Assembly: GCA_034658595.1 (NCBI GenBank)
Contig: JAYEFG010000010.1
Span: 353-64,352 of the forward strand
Direction of reading: 5' to 3'
Length of the DNA: 64,000 nucleotides
DNA from: Fidelibacterota bacterium
Lineage (GTDB): Bacteria > Fidelibacterota > Marinisomatia > Marinisomatales > TCS55
In this document: one piece after another, positions 27,935-38,186 of the stretch
How the letters are laid out: every line of letters starts with the position of its first letter
Numbering within the stretch: the stretch's first letter is position 1
Notes under the pieces: model-generated
Told to the model about the DNA's origin: nothing
Database searches by the model: none
The model's input: the letters and a program-made list of their open reading frames with translations, nothing else
Program-made: the position numbers and the translations under genes

Positions 27935-29134
27935 ATGACTGTTTTAGCCGATCGCGTCCAACGCGTTAAACCATCCTTCACGCTCGAGATGACCTCCAGA
28001 GCAGCTGAATTACTTGCTCAAGGTGTGGATGTAATCAACTTTAGTGCTGGCCAACCGGATTTTAATACACCGGAAAATATCCGCAATGCGGCTAAAATGG
28101 CAATGGACAAAGGCCAAACAAAGTATACTGCCGGTTCCGGAACACTTGAACTGAGAGAAGCGGTATGCACCAAACTGAAACGGGAGAATCAATTGGAAGT
28201 ATCCCCGAATCAAGTACTTATTTCCAATGGTGAAAAACAAAGTCTCTACTTGGCTTGTCAGGTGCTTTTCCAGGAAGGCGATGAAGTTTTAATTTTTAGA
28301 CCTTATTGGGTGTCTTTCCCTGAATTTGTGACCCTTGCCGACGCTGCACCGGTATTGGTGGATACAAATTCAAAACAGAATTTCGAACCGGACTTGGACG
28401 ATTTGAAATCTAAAATTACGGATCGAGTAAAGGGAATTATTCTTAATTCACCCTCCAATCCCACCGGCAGTGTCTGGTCCAATGAAGCAATCATCACTAT
28501 ACTGGGGATCGCCAAAAAGTATGGTTGGGCTATTATTTCAGATGAATGCTATGAAAGACTCGTCTTTGACGGCGAATTTACTAGTTTACAAAAATTGAAC
28601 AATGACCACCATATCGGTGCCAATATTTTGACCTGCATGAGTTTATCTAAAACATATGCCATGACGGGCTGGCGAATCGGGTATGCTTTCGGTGAAAAAT
28701 CTATCATTCAAGCTATGAGTAAAATCCAGGGGCAGGCAACATCATGTGCAAATTCAATTGGTCAGGCTGCCTCAGTAGAAGCGTTGGTAGGCGATCAATC
28801 TGCGGTTGAAATGATGCGGGTAAAATTTAAGGAACGGCGTGATTTAATGGTGTCGCTTCTCAATGATATTCCCAAAGTGAGTTGTGACGTACCTGGCGGC
28901 GCCTTTTATGCATTTCCGGATTTTTCCAACTATGTAGGCAAATCGTTTCGTGGAGAAAAAATCAAAGATTCTTTTGATCTGTGCGATGTCATTTTAAATG
29001 AAGCAAAAGTGGTTACGGTTCCCGGCGATGGATTTGGTGCGCCGGGGCACGTACGCTTCTCTTATCCATTAGGGGAAGAAGTGATTCGCGAAGGAATTAA
29101 TCGCGTACAAAAAGTTTTAAAACAATTAAATTGA
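27935..29134 (+). CDS. aspartate/aromatic aminotransferase, class I PLP enzyme
   Basis: LNSPSNPTG and SLSKTYAMTGWRIGY (PLP lysine) motifs, typical length. Confidence 0.9.
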   Translation: MTVLADRVQRVKPSFTLEMTSRAAELLAQGVDVINFSAGQPDFNTPENIRNAAKMAMDKGQTKYTAGSGTLELREAVCTKLKRENQLEVSPNQVLISNGEKQSLYLACQVLFQEGDEVLIFRPYWVSFPEFVTLADAAPVLVDTNSKQNFEPDLDDLKSKITDRVKGIILNSPSNPTGSVWSNEAIITILGIAKKYGWAIISDECYERLVFDGEFTSLQKLNNDHHIGANILTCMSLSKTYAMTGWRIGYAFGEKSIIQAMSKIQGQATSCANSIGQAASVEALVGDQSAVEMMRVKFKERRDLMVSLLNDIPKVSCDVPGGAFYAFPDFSNYVGKSFRGEKIKDSFDLCDVILNEAKVVTVPGDGFGAPGHVRFSYPLGEEVIREGINRVQKVLKQLN

Positions 29135-29153
29135 TTAGGATAGGGAGTAACAA

Positions 29154-29360
29154 ATGAAAGCAAATACACATCCCAAATATAAATTGGGTAATGTTGTTTG
29201 TTCCTGTGGCTATACATTTCAGGTGTATAGCACCATGGGTGATCAACGAATAGAAATCTGCTCTGAATGTCATCCGTTTTATACAGGAAAACAGAAACTG
29301 GTTGACACAGCCGGTCGTATTGAGAAATTTAGAAAGAAATACGGCAAGCCAAACCAGTAA
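29154..29360 (+). CDS. rpmE: 50S ribosomal protein L31
   Basis: MKANTHPKY..., zinc-type CSCG...[10 protein letters not shown], length 68 aa. Confidence 0.95.
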   Translation: MKANTHPKYKLGNVVCSCGYTFQVYSTMGDQRIEICSECHPFYTGKQKLVDTAGRIEKFRKKYGKPNQ

Positions 29361-29419
29361 CCCAAGTAAAAATAGGAATGGCTTTACGATAGGCATGTCC
29401 ACCGTGGGGCCATTTTTTT

Positions 29420-30385
29420 ATGATTAAAACCATTTTATTATCCATAATGAAACCTACAATTTTGGTGGGCGGACAAGCCGTCATCGAAGGTGTCATGATG
29501 CGAGTTCCCGGTGCTTATGCTACGGCAGTACGGGATCCGCAAGGGAAAGTCCATGTCGATCGACATGATTTCAAATCAATTGTGGAACGATCAAACTTTT
29601 GGAAAAAACCTATTTTCAGGGGTATGGCAGGTTTATTTGAAGCAATGAAAATGGGTATGGCCACTTTGCAATGGTCAGCTGATATAGCCATTCCGCAAGA
29701 AAAGGATAAAAAACCGAGCAAACTGATAGATTTTTTATCCACTGCATTTGCGATACTCTTTGCTTTAACGCTTTTCATGATTGCACCCATGTGGATAACG
29801 ACGAAACTGTTGGATGTAGAAAGAGAAGCAGTGGCTTTTAATTTGATATCCGGCATGTTTCGCATCACATTTTTTGTGGTGTACCTCTTTCTCATTTCAC
29901 TTATGAAAGATGTGGGACGCTTGTTTCAATACCATGGCGCAGAGCATCGTGTGGTCTATAATTTTGAATCAGGAAAAAATGTGAATATTCAAAATGCCCA
30001 GAGTTTTCCCACACAGCATCCTCGCTGCGGGACCAGTTTTATGTTTATCGTTTTGTTATCAGCGATTATTGTTTTTTCATTGATTGACACTATTGTCATG
30101 GCGGTAACAGGATTCATTAGTTTGCCAATCCGATTGATGGTTCACCTGCCCATGATTCCACTGGTGGCAGGGGTATCCTATGAAGTAATCAAAATTACAG
30201 CACGAAGGGGTGATAAGGTCATTTTCAGAATGTTGAGAGCGCCGGGATTATGGTTGCAGAATATCACCACCCGGAAGCCCGAGGATGATATGGTGGAAGT
30301 GGGTATTACTGCATTGAAAGAGGCTTTTGGCGATCAATTTGAAAAAATGGCCGGTAAGGAATATGTAGCTGAAGCAATCGGATGA
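29420..30385 (+). CDS. DUF1385 domain membrane protein (YqhQ-like)
   Basis: GGQAVIEGVMMR and YHGAEH motifs. Conserved position between rpmE and prfA. Confidence 0.8.
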   Translation: MIKTILLSIMKPTILVGGQAVIEGVMMRVPGAYATAVRDPQGKVHVDRHDFKSIVERSNFWKKPIFRGMAGLFEAMKMGMATLQWSADIAIPQEKDKKPSKLIDFLSTAFAILFALTLFMIAPMWITTKLLDVEREAVAFNLISGMFRITFFVVYLFLISLMKDVGRLFQYHGAEHRVVYNFESGKNVNIQNAQSFPTQHPRCGTSFMFIVLLSAIIVFSLIDTIVMAVTGFISLPIRLMVHLPMIPLVAGVSYEVIKITARRGDKVIFRMLRAPGLWLQNITTRKPEDDMVEVGITALKEAFGDQFEKMAGKEYVAEAIG

Positions 30386-31449
30386 TTGATAAACTTAAAG
30401 AAATTATCGCTCATTTTGAATCCCTTGAATCACGAATGGCTGATCCTGAACTTATTGATTATCAAAGCCGCTATATAGAAGTAGCAAAGGAACACCGTCG
30501 GCTTGGCTCCATCGTAGAAAAAGCAAAAGAATTTGTGACCATCCAGGAACAGATCGATGATGATAATGAAATATTGGCAGGCGATGATGAAGAATTAAAA
30601 GAAATCGCTCAGGCAGAGATTGAAGAATTAGAGGAAGCATTATCGGGGTTGGACAAAGAGCTTAAAGTGCTTCTTCTCCCCCATGATCCAACAGACGACA
30701 AAAATACTATTATTGAAGTTCGCGCCGGAACCGGAGGCGATGAAGCCGCCTTATTTGCCGCTGATGTGTACCGCATGTATTCCCGTTTTGCCGAACGTAA
30801 TGGCTGGAAGTATGAAGTCATGGAATCCAATGCCATTGGTATTGGTGGTTTTAAGGAAATCATTTTTTCCGTCACCGGGGAAGGTGTTTACGGTAAAATG
30901 AAATTTGAAAGCGGCGTCCACCGTGTTCAACGTGTTCCTAAAACAGAAACCAGCGGACGCGTCCATACATCTGCTGCTACCGTGGCTGTTCTGCCCGAAG
31001 CGGAAGAAGCGGATATTGAAGTGGTTGATGCAGACCTAAAAATTGATACATATCGTGCCAGTGGTGCCGGGGGCCAGCATGTGAATAAAACGGAGTCCGC
31101 CATTCGTATCACCCATATTCCCACGGGACTGGTGGTCACCTGCCAAGATGAAACATCCCAGCATAAAAATAAGGCCGCCGCTTTAAAGGTGCTTCGGTCA
31201 CGGTTGTTGGCTGAAGAACAAGATAAGCTCGCCAGGGAACGGGCCGCCGCCCGGAAAGACATGGTTTCTACCGGGGACCGCTCAGCAAAGATCCGCACCT
31301 ATAATTTTCCCCAGGGGAGGATCACGGACCATCGGATCAGTTTTACCGCTTATAACCTTGAAAACGTCATGGACGGTGATATTGGTGAAATTATCGAAAA
31401 TTTGAAATTGGCGGATCAGCAGGCCCAATTGGCGTCTGTGGGAGAATAA
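30382..31449 (+). CDS. prfA: peptide chain release factor 1
   Basis: GGQHVNKTESA (GGQ) and an RF1-type P-x-T tripeptide (PKT). 4-nt overlap with the upstream gene. Confidence 0.97.
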   Translation: MIDKLKEIIAHFESLESRMADPELIDYQSRYIEVAKEHRRLGSIVEKAKEFVTIQEQIDDDNEILAGDDEELKEIAQAEIEELEEALSGLDKELKVLLLPHDPTDDKNTIIEVRAGTGGDEAALFAADVYRMYSRFAERNGWKYEVMESNAIGIGGFKEIIFSVTGEGVYGKMKFESGVHRVQRVPKTETSGRVHTSAATVAVLPEAEEADIEVVDADLKIDTYRASGAGGQHVNKTESAIRITHIPTGLVVTCQDETSQHKNKAAALKVLRSRLLAEEQDKLARERAAARKDMVSTGDRSAKIRTYNFPQGRITDHRISFTAYNLENVMDGDIGEIIENLKLADQQAQLASVGE

Positions 31450-31450
31450 A

Positions 31451-32326
31451 ATGGGCCAACCCGCTAAAAATAGAAATCAAGTCTGGCGGGTGATTGATAT
31501 GATTAAATGGGGTGAGAATTACTTTCAATCCAAGGGATTTAAAAGCCCCAAACAGGAGATCGAATGGCTCCTTTGTGATTTATTAAATTATAAACGGATT
31601 GACCTTTACGTTCAATTTGAAGAACCTATTGCACGTCTTGATTTGGATCAGCTTAAAGGCTGGATCAAGCGCCGCGTCACCCGGGAACCGCTCCAATATA
31701 TTACCGGCCAAACAGAATTTTACGGGCATCCATTTAAGGTGACACCGGACGTTCTTATACCCCGCCCCGAAACAGAGCGGGTGGTGGATGTGGCCCTCCA
31801 TACCATTGGGAATATGACCAGTCCAAAGGTGCTGGAAGTGGGATCCGGATCAGGATGTATTGCTGTTTCCATCGGAGTAGAAAAACCGGATGCCACCATT
31901 CTTTCTTTGGATGTTTCCAAGGAAGCCATTCAGTTGGCACAAAAAAATGCAGAATTGAACAAGATCAATAATGTGGAATTTATTCTAATGGATTTCTTGA
32001 AAGAATTGCCAAAGGGTCCATTCGATTTATTGGTATCAAATCCGCCCTATATACCAGAAAATGAAATCCATGAAACGATGCCGGAAGTTCAACAACATGA
32101 ACCGGGAATAGCCCTTACGGACCAAAAAGACGGACTCACTTTTTATCATCGGTTTTCTAAAATTGCAAAGGAATTGGTCAAACCGGGGGGATGGCTTGTT
32201 ATGGAGGTGGGCCTGGGGGAACACCCGGCCAAAGCTTTAGACATATTTAAGTCGGCCGGATTTAACGATTTAGAACTAATCCCGGATTTTAACAGTGATG
32301 AACGAGCGTTAAAGGTTCGTGTATGA
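31451..32326 (+). CDS. prmC: release factor glutamine N5-methyltransferase PrmC/HemK
   Basis: SAM motif LEVGSGSGCIA and catalytic SNPPY. Directly follows prfA. Confidence 0.9.
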   Translation: MGQPAKNRNQVWRVIDMIKWGENYFQSKGFKSPKQEIEWLLCDLLNYKRIDLYVQFEEPIARLDLDQLKGWIKRRVTREPLQYITGQTEFYGHPFKVTPDVLIPRPETERVVDVALHTIGNMTSPKVLEVGSGSGCIAVSIGVEKPDATILSLDVSKEAIQLAQKNAELNKINNVEFILMDFLKELPKGPFDLLVSNPPYIPENEIHETMPEVQQHEPGIALTDQKDGLTFYHRFSKIAKELVKPGGWLVMEVGLGEHPAKALDIFKSAGFNDLELIPDFNSDERALKVRV

Positions 32327-32336
32327 CTGAAAGTAG

Positions 32337-32380
32337 AGACATCCGCCAGCTGGCGGATGTCTTTAACAATAATATTTTTT
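32337..32380 (+). terminator. hairpin terminator after prmC
   Basis: Perfect 12-bp stem AGACATCCGCCA/TGGCGGATGTCT (32337-32362). The T6 run (32375-32380) is displaced 12 nt, so the geometry is not canonical. Confidence 0.6.
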
Positions 32381-32454
32381 GATTCAATTATTCCCAAACA
32401 ATTCCACACACTGTATTTTTGACTGCTTAAACGAGGTAATCAATTTCACTTTAA

Positions 32455-35400
32455 ATGACTTCAGAATTCGTACACTTACATAATCATTCCGATTATAGTC
32501 TTTTGGATGGGGCACAAACGGTTCAAACATTGGTTAATACCATAGATGACCTGGGCATGGATTCGGTTGCCTTGACTGAGCATGGGAATATGTTCAGTGT
32601 TATCCCTTACTATAAATCCGCCAAAAAAGCCGGCGTTAAACCTATTATTGGCTGTGAAACATATGTAGCCATGGGCAGCCGTTTTGATAAGAAACCCAGA
32701 GCCGATGGCGGTTGGGGGAATAACCATCTTGTTTTACTCGCGCAAAATTATACAGGATATCGAAATTTAATGAAATTGGTAACCTACGGATATTTGGATG
32801 GATTTTATTACCGACCCCGGGTTGATATTGATTTATTAAAAGAATATAACAAAGGTTTGATTTGTCTTTCCGGTTGTCTCAAAGGGGAAATTCCTGAAAA
32901 AATGCTCAAAGACGATTGGGACGGGGCGAAAAAAGCGGCCTTGCGTTTTGCAGAGATTTTTGACGGCCGGTTTTATTTAGAAGTGCAGAATCACGGTATT
33001 CCCGATGAGATTCAAAATATTCAGAATATGAAGAAGCTCGCCGGAGAATTGGACCTTCCACTAGTATGTACCAACGATGCCCATTATGCAAAGTACGAAC
33101 ACTGGGAAGCCCACGATGTACATATTTGTTTAGGAACAGGGAAGGATCGGGATGATCCCAACCGCCTGCGCTATGCCACACCCGAGTTTTACTTCAAAAC
33201 CCAGGACCAGATGTATGATATGTTCAAGGATGTACCACAGGCTATTGAGAATACACGCAGGATTGCTGATAGTATTGAAATTGAACTGCCCATGGGAGAT
33301 TATCATCTACCTAGTTTTCCTATTCCGGAAGATGCATCAAGTCAAAACCCCGATACGTATCTCCAAAATCTATGTGAAATTGGCGTCCAGGCGCGGTATG
33401 GTGACATCACGCCTGAATTACGGTCCAGACTTGATCATGAATTGAAAGTTATTCAAAAAATGGGCTTCGCCGGATACTTTCTCATTACCGCTGATTTTGT
33501 AAAGTATGCTAAAGATAATGAAATCCCTGTTGGCCCGGGCCGCGGTTCAGCCGCTGGTAGTCTTGTATCCTATTCATTGGGGATCACAACCATTGATCCC
33601 ATTCGCCATCAGCTCCTGTTTGAACGCTTCCTGAATCCTGATCGTATCAGCTTGCCGGATATTGATATTGATTTCTGTATCGAACGACGGGGTGAGGTCA
33701 TTGATTATATCAAAGATCAGTATGGTGAAAATTCCGTCACCCAGATCATTACGTTTGGAAAAATGAAAGCCCGCCAAGTGATTCGTGATGTGGGCCGCGT
33801 CCTCGGATATTCATTCGGAGAAATTGACCGACTGGCAAAAATGATTCCCACCACATTGAACATTACCTTGGATGAAGCACTTAAACAAAGTCCGGATCTC
33901 AGGGAAGCGGCTGAAGGACAATATCAAGAAGTCATCGAATATTCTAAAGTGCTTGAGGGCATGAACCGCCACGCCTCTACACATGCTGCCGGTGTGGTAA
34001 TCGCCCCCGGTGATCTCACAGATTACGTGCCTCTTTACCGCTCGCCACAGGGAGATATAACTTCTCAATATGACATGAAAGGCCTTGAGGAACTTGGCCT
34101 TTTGAAACTTGATTTCCTTGGTCTCCGAAATTTGACCGTGATTGATAATGCCCTGAAATTGCTAAAGGCACGGGGTGAAAAAATCAATATTGAAAAAATT
34201 CCATTGCATGACCCTGCTGTGTATAAACTTTTTGCTAAGGGATTAACCATCGGCGTCTTCCAGTTTGAATCTTCCGGCATGCGGGAATTTTTGAAAAAGT
34301 TAAAACCTACCGTTATTGAAGATCTTATTGCCATGAATGCCTTGTATCGCCCAGGTCCTATGGAAAATATTGATGACTTCATCACCCGCAAACACGGGAA
34401 AAAGAAAATTGAATATTTCCATCCAGTCATGGAGCCGATCCTGGAAGAAACGTATGGGATTATTGTCTACCAGGAACAAGTGATGCAGATCGCCCATGAG
34501 GTAGCGGGCTTCACATTGGCGGAAGCGGATATAATGCGCCGTGCCATTGGAAAGAAAATCAAAAAGCTTATGGATGAGCTGAAAGTGAAATTCATTGATG
34601 GTGCACTTGAAAAAAATAATATTCCAAAAAAAAAGGGTGAAGAAATTTATGAATTGATCGAAAAATTTGCCCAGTATGGATTTAATAAAAGTCATTCCAC
34701 TGCCTATGCCTATGTGGCCTACCAGACTGCTTGGCTCAAGACTCATTACCCGGCGGAATTCATGAGTGCCAACCTTACCAGTGAAATGTCAAACATAGAC
34801 CGGGTAGTGATCCTCATCAATGAATGCCGCAAGCTGAAGATCGAGGTGGATCCCCCCGATGTGAATATATCGGATATTAATTTTCGTCCTGTGGATAAAA
34901 AAACCGTCTCCTTCGGACTCAACGCCATTAAGAATGTGGGAACGAAAGCCCTAGAAAAAATTGTTGAAGCGCGGGAAAAACACGGCAAATTTGAATCTCT
35001 ATTTGATTTTACAGCCAATGTGAGTTTGAAATCTGTAAATCGGAAAGTGCTTGAAAGCCTCAATATGGCCGGCGCATTGGATGGGTTGGAGGGCAACCGC
35101 GCCGAGAAATATGCGGCCATTGATACGGCCCTGAAATATGGTCAAACCATCCAGGAGAATCAAGCGCGAAACCAAGTGGACCTTTTTGGTGCAGCCAGCG
35201 CCAACGGTAAGGATATGTCCATGATTCCCTCCCTGCCAACGGCAGAAGAATGGCCCGAAAGTCAATTGCTGGAAAAAGAAAAAGAAGTATTGGGCATGTA
35301 TCTCTCCGGCCATCCATTGCTGAAATATGCAGAAGATCTTGAAGAATTTTCCAATTTTGATTTCACTGAAAAAGTCGGTGGGCATAAAGGCCAGAAGGTT

Positions 35401-35895
35401 CGCGTTGGGGGGGCCATTGCCGAAGTTAAAATGCACTTCGACCGCAAGAATAATCAAATGGCATTTTTCAAATTGGATTGCCTCGGTGGTCAGGCAGAAA
35501 TATTGGCATTCAGCGACACCTTTGCCAAGTATAAAGAGTTGATCAAAAATGATAATGTGGTCTTTATTACTGGGAAGCCAACCGACGAAACAGACTTTTC
35601 CGATCTGAAAATGATTTCAGATGAAATTGTAACGGTGGACAAAGCACGAGACATCTATTCCAAAAATGTAAATATACGTATCGATCCTGGTGAAATGTCA
35701 CCCGCTGATGTGGACAGTCTGCTGGAGATGGCCAAAGGCCACCAGGGTGGTTGCGGACTCATGTTTCACATGACCTCTGATCGGGGGAAGCAGCAGCGCA
35801 TCTATGCCCACAATGTGAAGGTATCGGCCCATTCATCTTTCCTGAAAAAGCTACGGGTTACCTACGGGAAACAAAATGTCTGGGTGTCTGATTGA
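32455..35895 (+). CDS. dnaE: DNA polymerase III subunit alpha
   Basis: PHP domain HLHNHSDYSLLDG, polymerase core (GPGRGSAAGS, LPDIDIDF), OB fold at the C-terminus, 1146 aa. Confidence 0.97.
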   Translation: MTSEFVHLHNHSDYSLLDGAQTVQTLVNTIDDLGMDSVALTEHGNMFSVIPYYKSAKKAGVKPIIGCETYVAMGSRFDKKPRADGGWGNNHLVLLAQNYTGYRNLMKLVTYGYLDGFYYRPRVDIDLLKEYNKGLICLSGCLKGEIPEKMLKDDWDGAKKAALRFAEIFDGRFYLEVQNHGIPDEIQNIQNMKKLAGELDLPLVCTNDAHYAKYEHWEAHDVHICLGTGKDRDDPNRLRYATPEFYFKTQDQMYDMFKDVPQAIENTRRIADSIEIELPMGDYHLPSFPIPEDASSQNPDTYLQNLCEIGVQARYGDITPELRSRLDHELKVIQKMGFAGYFLITADFVKYAKDNEIPVGPGRGSAAGSLVSYSLGITTIDPIRHQLLFERFLNPDRISLPDIDIDFCIERRGEVIDYIKDQYGENSVTQIITFGKMKARQVIRDVGRVLGYSFGEIDRLAKMIPTTLNITLDEALKQSPDLREAAEGQYQEVIEYSKVLEGMNRHASTHAAGVVIAPGDLTDYVPLYRSPQGDITSQYDMKGLEELGLLKLDFLGLRNLTVIDNALKLLKARGEKINIEKIPLHDPAVYKLFAKGLTIGVFQFESSGMREFLKKLKPTVIEDLIAMNALYRPGPMENIDDFITRKHGKKKIEYFHPVMEPILEETYGIIVYQEQVMQIAHEVAGFTLAEADIMRRAIGKKIKKLMDELKVKFIDGALEKNNIPKKKGEEIYELIEKFAQYGFNKSHSTAYAYVAYQTAWLKTHYPAEFMSANLTSEMSNIDRVVILINECRKLKIEVDPPDVNISDINFRPVDKKTVSFGLNAIKNVGTKALEKIVEAREKHGKFESLFDFTANVSLKSVNRKVLESLNMAGALDGLEGNRAEKYAAIDTALKYGQTIQENQARNQVDLFGAASANGKDMSMIPSLPTAEEWPESQLLEKEKEVLGMYLSGHPLLKYAEDLEEFSNFDFTEKVGGHKGQKVRVGGAIAEVKMHFDRKNNQMAFFKLDCLGGQAEILAFSDTFAKYKELIKNDNVVFITGKPTDETDFSDLKMISDEIVTVDKARDIYSKNVNIRIDPGEMSPADVDSLLEMAKGHQGGCGLMFHMTSDRGKQQRIYAHNVKVSAHSSFLKKLRVTYGKQNVWVSD

Positions 35896-36335
35896 TCGCT
35901 GTGATTCAGCGGGTCAGATCCGGCTCCGTTACCGTTGACGAAGAAATAATCGGAAAAATTGATCATGGCTTTGTCATTCTGTTGGGAGTGACAGATACGG
36001 ATAAAGAATCCGATGCCGATTATTTAGCCGAAAAAATATCTAACCTCCGCGTTTTCAATGATGAAGATGAAAAAATGAATTTGTCCATTCAAGATGTGAA
36101 TGGTTCAGCATTGGTCATCAGCCAATTCACACTTTGCGGTGATACGCGAAAAGGCCGCCGCCCCAGTTTCATCCACGCCGCACCACCGAAAAAGGGCAAT
36201 GCCCTTTATGAATTTTTTATGGGGAAACTAAAAGAAAAAGGCCTGCCCGTTGAATCGGGAGAATTCGGCGCAATGATGGATGTGGCTTTAGTGAATGACG
36301 GGCCCGTTACATTTGTTTTGAATAGTAATCAATAA
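35892..36335 (+). CDS. dtd: D-aminoacyl-tRNA deacylase
   Basis: MIAVIQRV... (TTG start overlapping the dnaE stop, TTGA), SQFTL motif, 147 aa. Confidence 0.93.
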   Translation: MIAVIQRVRSGSVTVDEEIIGKIDHGFVILLGVTDTDKESDADYLAEKISNLRVFNDEDEKMNLSIQDVNGSALVISQFTLCGDTRKGRRPSFIHAAPPKKGNALYEFFMGKLKEKGLPVESGEFGAMMDVALVNDGPVTFVLNSNQ

Positions 36336-36341
36336 TAATTT

Positions 36342-36379
36342 GTAGGGTACGCAGATCTGCGTACCCTACTACGGTTTTT
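36342..36379 (+). terminator. rho-independent terminator after dtd
   Basis: 28-nt perfect palindrome GTAGGGTACGCAGATCTGCGTACCCTAC (36342-36369) followed by TACGGTTTTT. Confidence 0.75.
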
Positions 36380-36464
36380 AACCAATATCAAATTAACCTG
36401 TTTTTGAACTCCTCGACACACACGCCATTTCATTGTAATTTCCCCCGTTAAATAATTCGAGATT

Positions 36465-36869
36465 ATGGAAAGAAAAATAAGAATACTCATGGCCAAGCCC
36501 GGATTGGACGGTCACGACCGGGGGATTAAAGTCCTCGCCGCCGCTTACCGCGACGCGGGGATGGAAGTCATTTATTTAGGCTTGCGCCAAACACCAGAAA
36601 TGATTGTTTCTGCGGCCCTCCAAGAAGATGCGGATGTGATCGCACTGTCAAGTTTAAATAACGCTCACATGACGATTTACCCCAATGTCCTGAACCTCAT
36701 GAAAGATAAAGGGCTCGATGATGTTCTTCTCGTTGGGGGCGGCATTATTCCGAAAAAGGATGTAGCCGAACTGGAAGGGATGGGTATGGGCAAATTGTTT
36801 GGCCCCGGCACACCGGTACAAGATACGGTGGATTATATTACCAATTGGGTCAGTGAGAACCGCCGTTAA
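36465..36869 (+). CDS. cobalamin B12-binding domain protein (methylmalonyl-CoA mutase C-terminal domain-like)
   Basis: DGHDRG (DxHxxG) motif, SSLNNAH, GGGIIP, 134 aa. Confidence 0.8.
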   Translation: MERKIRILMAKPGLDGHDRGIKVLAAAYRDAGMEVIYLGLRQTPEMIVSAALQEDADVIALSSLNNAHMTIYPNVLNLMKDKGLDDVLLVGGGIIPKKDVAELEGMGMGKLFGPGTPVQDTVDYITNWVSENRR

Positions 36870-37529
36870 ATGGATTTAAAAAACCTTACTGAGCTTGAGC
36901 TTTATTTCGCCAATCATTTTGATACGGTGTTGTTTCCGGTATTGGCGGAGATTTACCAAACCAAGGGAGAATACGATAGGGCCAAACGCGTCTGTGAAAT
37001 TGGCTTGGAACATCATCCCAATTCCATGGACGGTCAATTCATTTTATCTCAAGCTGAACTTGGAATGGGGAATTTAACCGGCGCTGAAAAGTGGATGAAA
37101 AAAGTGCTCACGCAGATTCCCGATCATATATCAGCCGCCACATCATTGCCTATGGTTCAAGAACAATTGGATCGATCTCCGGCGACCTTAAAGGCCAGTT
37201 TTAAGCGAGCCCAAAGTGTGGATCCCAAAAACCAGTTTGCGAAAGATTACTTAGAAGCCCAACCAACCAAAAAAGTAAAGAATAAAAAAGGTATCTCCGT
37301 TATCCCTGATACCCTGGAAAAGGATAAATCTAAAAAAGCCATGCCAATGGATATTAGTTTAGAAGGCGTGTCCATCAGTCCGCGCCTGGCCACGTTTACA
37401 CTGGTGAATGTGTTGAAGGGACAGGGCCTTTATCATCAAGCTCTGGATGTATTAAATATCCTTGCGGAGAAAGGTGGAGATAAAAAACGGATCGCCGACG
37501 AACGGAAAGCTATCAAGGCTGAGTTGTAG
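36870..37529 (+). CDS. TPR repeat protein
   Basis: TPR-like helices (AEIYQTKGEYDRAKRVCEIGLEHHPNS...). Starts directly after the stop of the B12-domain gene. Confidence 0.55.
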   Translation: MDLKNLTELELYFANHFDTVLFPVLAEIYQTKGEYDRAKRVCEIGLEHHPNSMDGQFILSQAELGMGNLTGAEKWMKKVLTQIPDHISAATSLPMVQEQLDRSPATLKASFKRAQSVDPKNQFAKDYLEAQPTKKVKNKKGISVIPDTLEKDKSKKAMPMDISLEGVSISPRLATFTLVNVLKGQGLYHQALDVLNILAEKGGDKKRIADERKAIKAEL

Positions 37530-37558
37530 TTTTTGGACCCCTATTATAATTTTCCCCG

Positions 37559-38069
37559 ATGACCTGCATACATTTCATTACTGCGGACAAGCAGGGGAGA
37601 AGACAACTTTACAATAGTTAGTTGATCCTCCATATATGAGGAGGAATTAAAGGTGGGGTATAATTGATTTATCTAATCAAAGATTTAAAAAAGACAAGCA
37701 CTTCTTACAAAAAATGTAAAAAGTAAAGTCATTGCTAATATTAAAGAGAATGCCTTGAAAAAAGATATTTACATTGATTCAATCGATGGTGAAAAGAAAC
37801 ATTTGCACGCTTTAATTTTTTTAGGTGCAAAGCAATGTGTCTCTGAGATCGCTCAGCTATTAAAGGGAGAAGCGTCGTTTTGGACAAATAATGAAAAGTT
37901 GGTAAAAGGTAAATTTGAATGGCAGGAAAAATATTTTGCAGTTTCTGTTAGTAAATCCGTTTTACCAACAGTACGAAAATATATTAGGAATTAAGAAGAG
38001 CATCATAAAGTAAAACCTTTTTCAGAAGAATATGATGTGTTTATGGAGAAATATGGATTTAGTGAGTAG
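37559..38069 (+). pseudogene. decayed IS200/RAYT-type Y1 (HUH) transposase
   Basis: Fragments lie in two frames: MTCIHFITADKQGRRQLYNS* (37559-37621), then ...KKHLHALIFLG...LLKGEASFWTN...FEWQEKYFAVSVS...RKYIRN. An in-frame TAA at 37992-37994 sits where the family has Gln. The reading continues EEHHKVKPFSEEYDVFMEKYGFSE* to 38069. Confidence 0.7.
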
Positions 38070-38071
38070 TT

Positions 38072-38125
38072 GGGCTAAAGCCCGTCGTTATTTTGTTGTT
38101 TTTATCCCAACGCTGAAGCATTGGG
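38072..38125. repeat. two short GC-stem hairpins (REP-like) flanking the transposase remnant
   Basis: GGGC-TAAA-GCCC (38072-38083) and CCCAA-N10-TTGGG (38106-38125). Confidence 0.3.
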
Positions 38126-38186
38126 TAAGTGGGTTATTATTATCGAAATCCACACTAAAACCATAAGAGCTAAATCGGATAAAACA

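Noticed and set aside
29361-29419. Possible terminator after rpmE (AATGGC ... GCCATTTTTTT)
   Set aside because: The arms are only 6 nt and are separated by a ~30-nt loop. This is not convincing as an intrinsic terminator.
30382-31449. Checked the release-factor gene for a programmed +1 frameshift site
   Set aside because: The gene is RF1 (prfA) with one uninterrupted frame. The programmed frameshift is a feature of prfB, which is not in this window.
32476-35457. Numerous 60-150-aa ORFs on the minus strand and in alternative plus frames inside dnaE
   Set aside because: They lie entirely within a well-supported 1146-aa dnaE frame. They have low-complexity or odd composition, no start context and no recognisable motifs. 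They are typical shadow ORFs.
36465-36869. Stand-alone B12-binding domain gene without an adjacent mutase catalytic subunit or cobalamin riboswitch
   Set aside because: Split methylmalonyl-CoA mutase-type enzymes with separately encoded small subunits are common. The upstream spacer is too short and shows no B12-box-like sequence. Not unusual enough.
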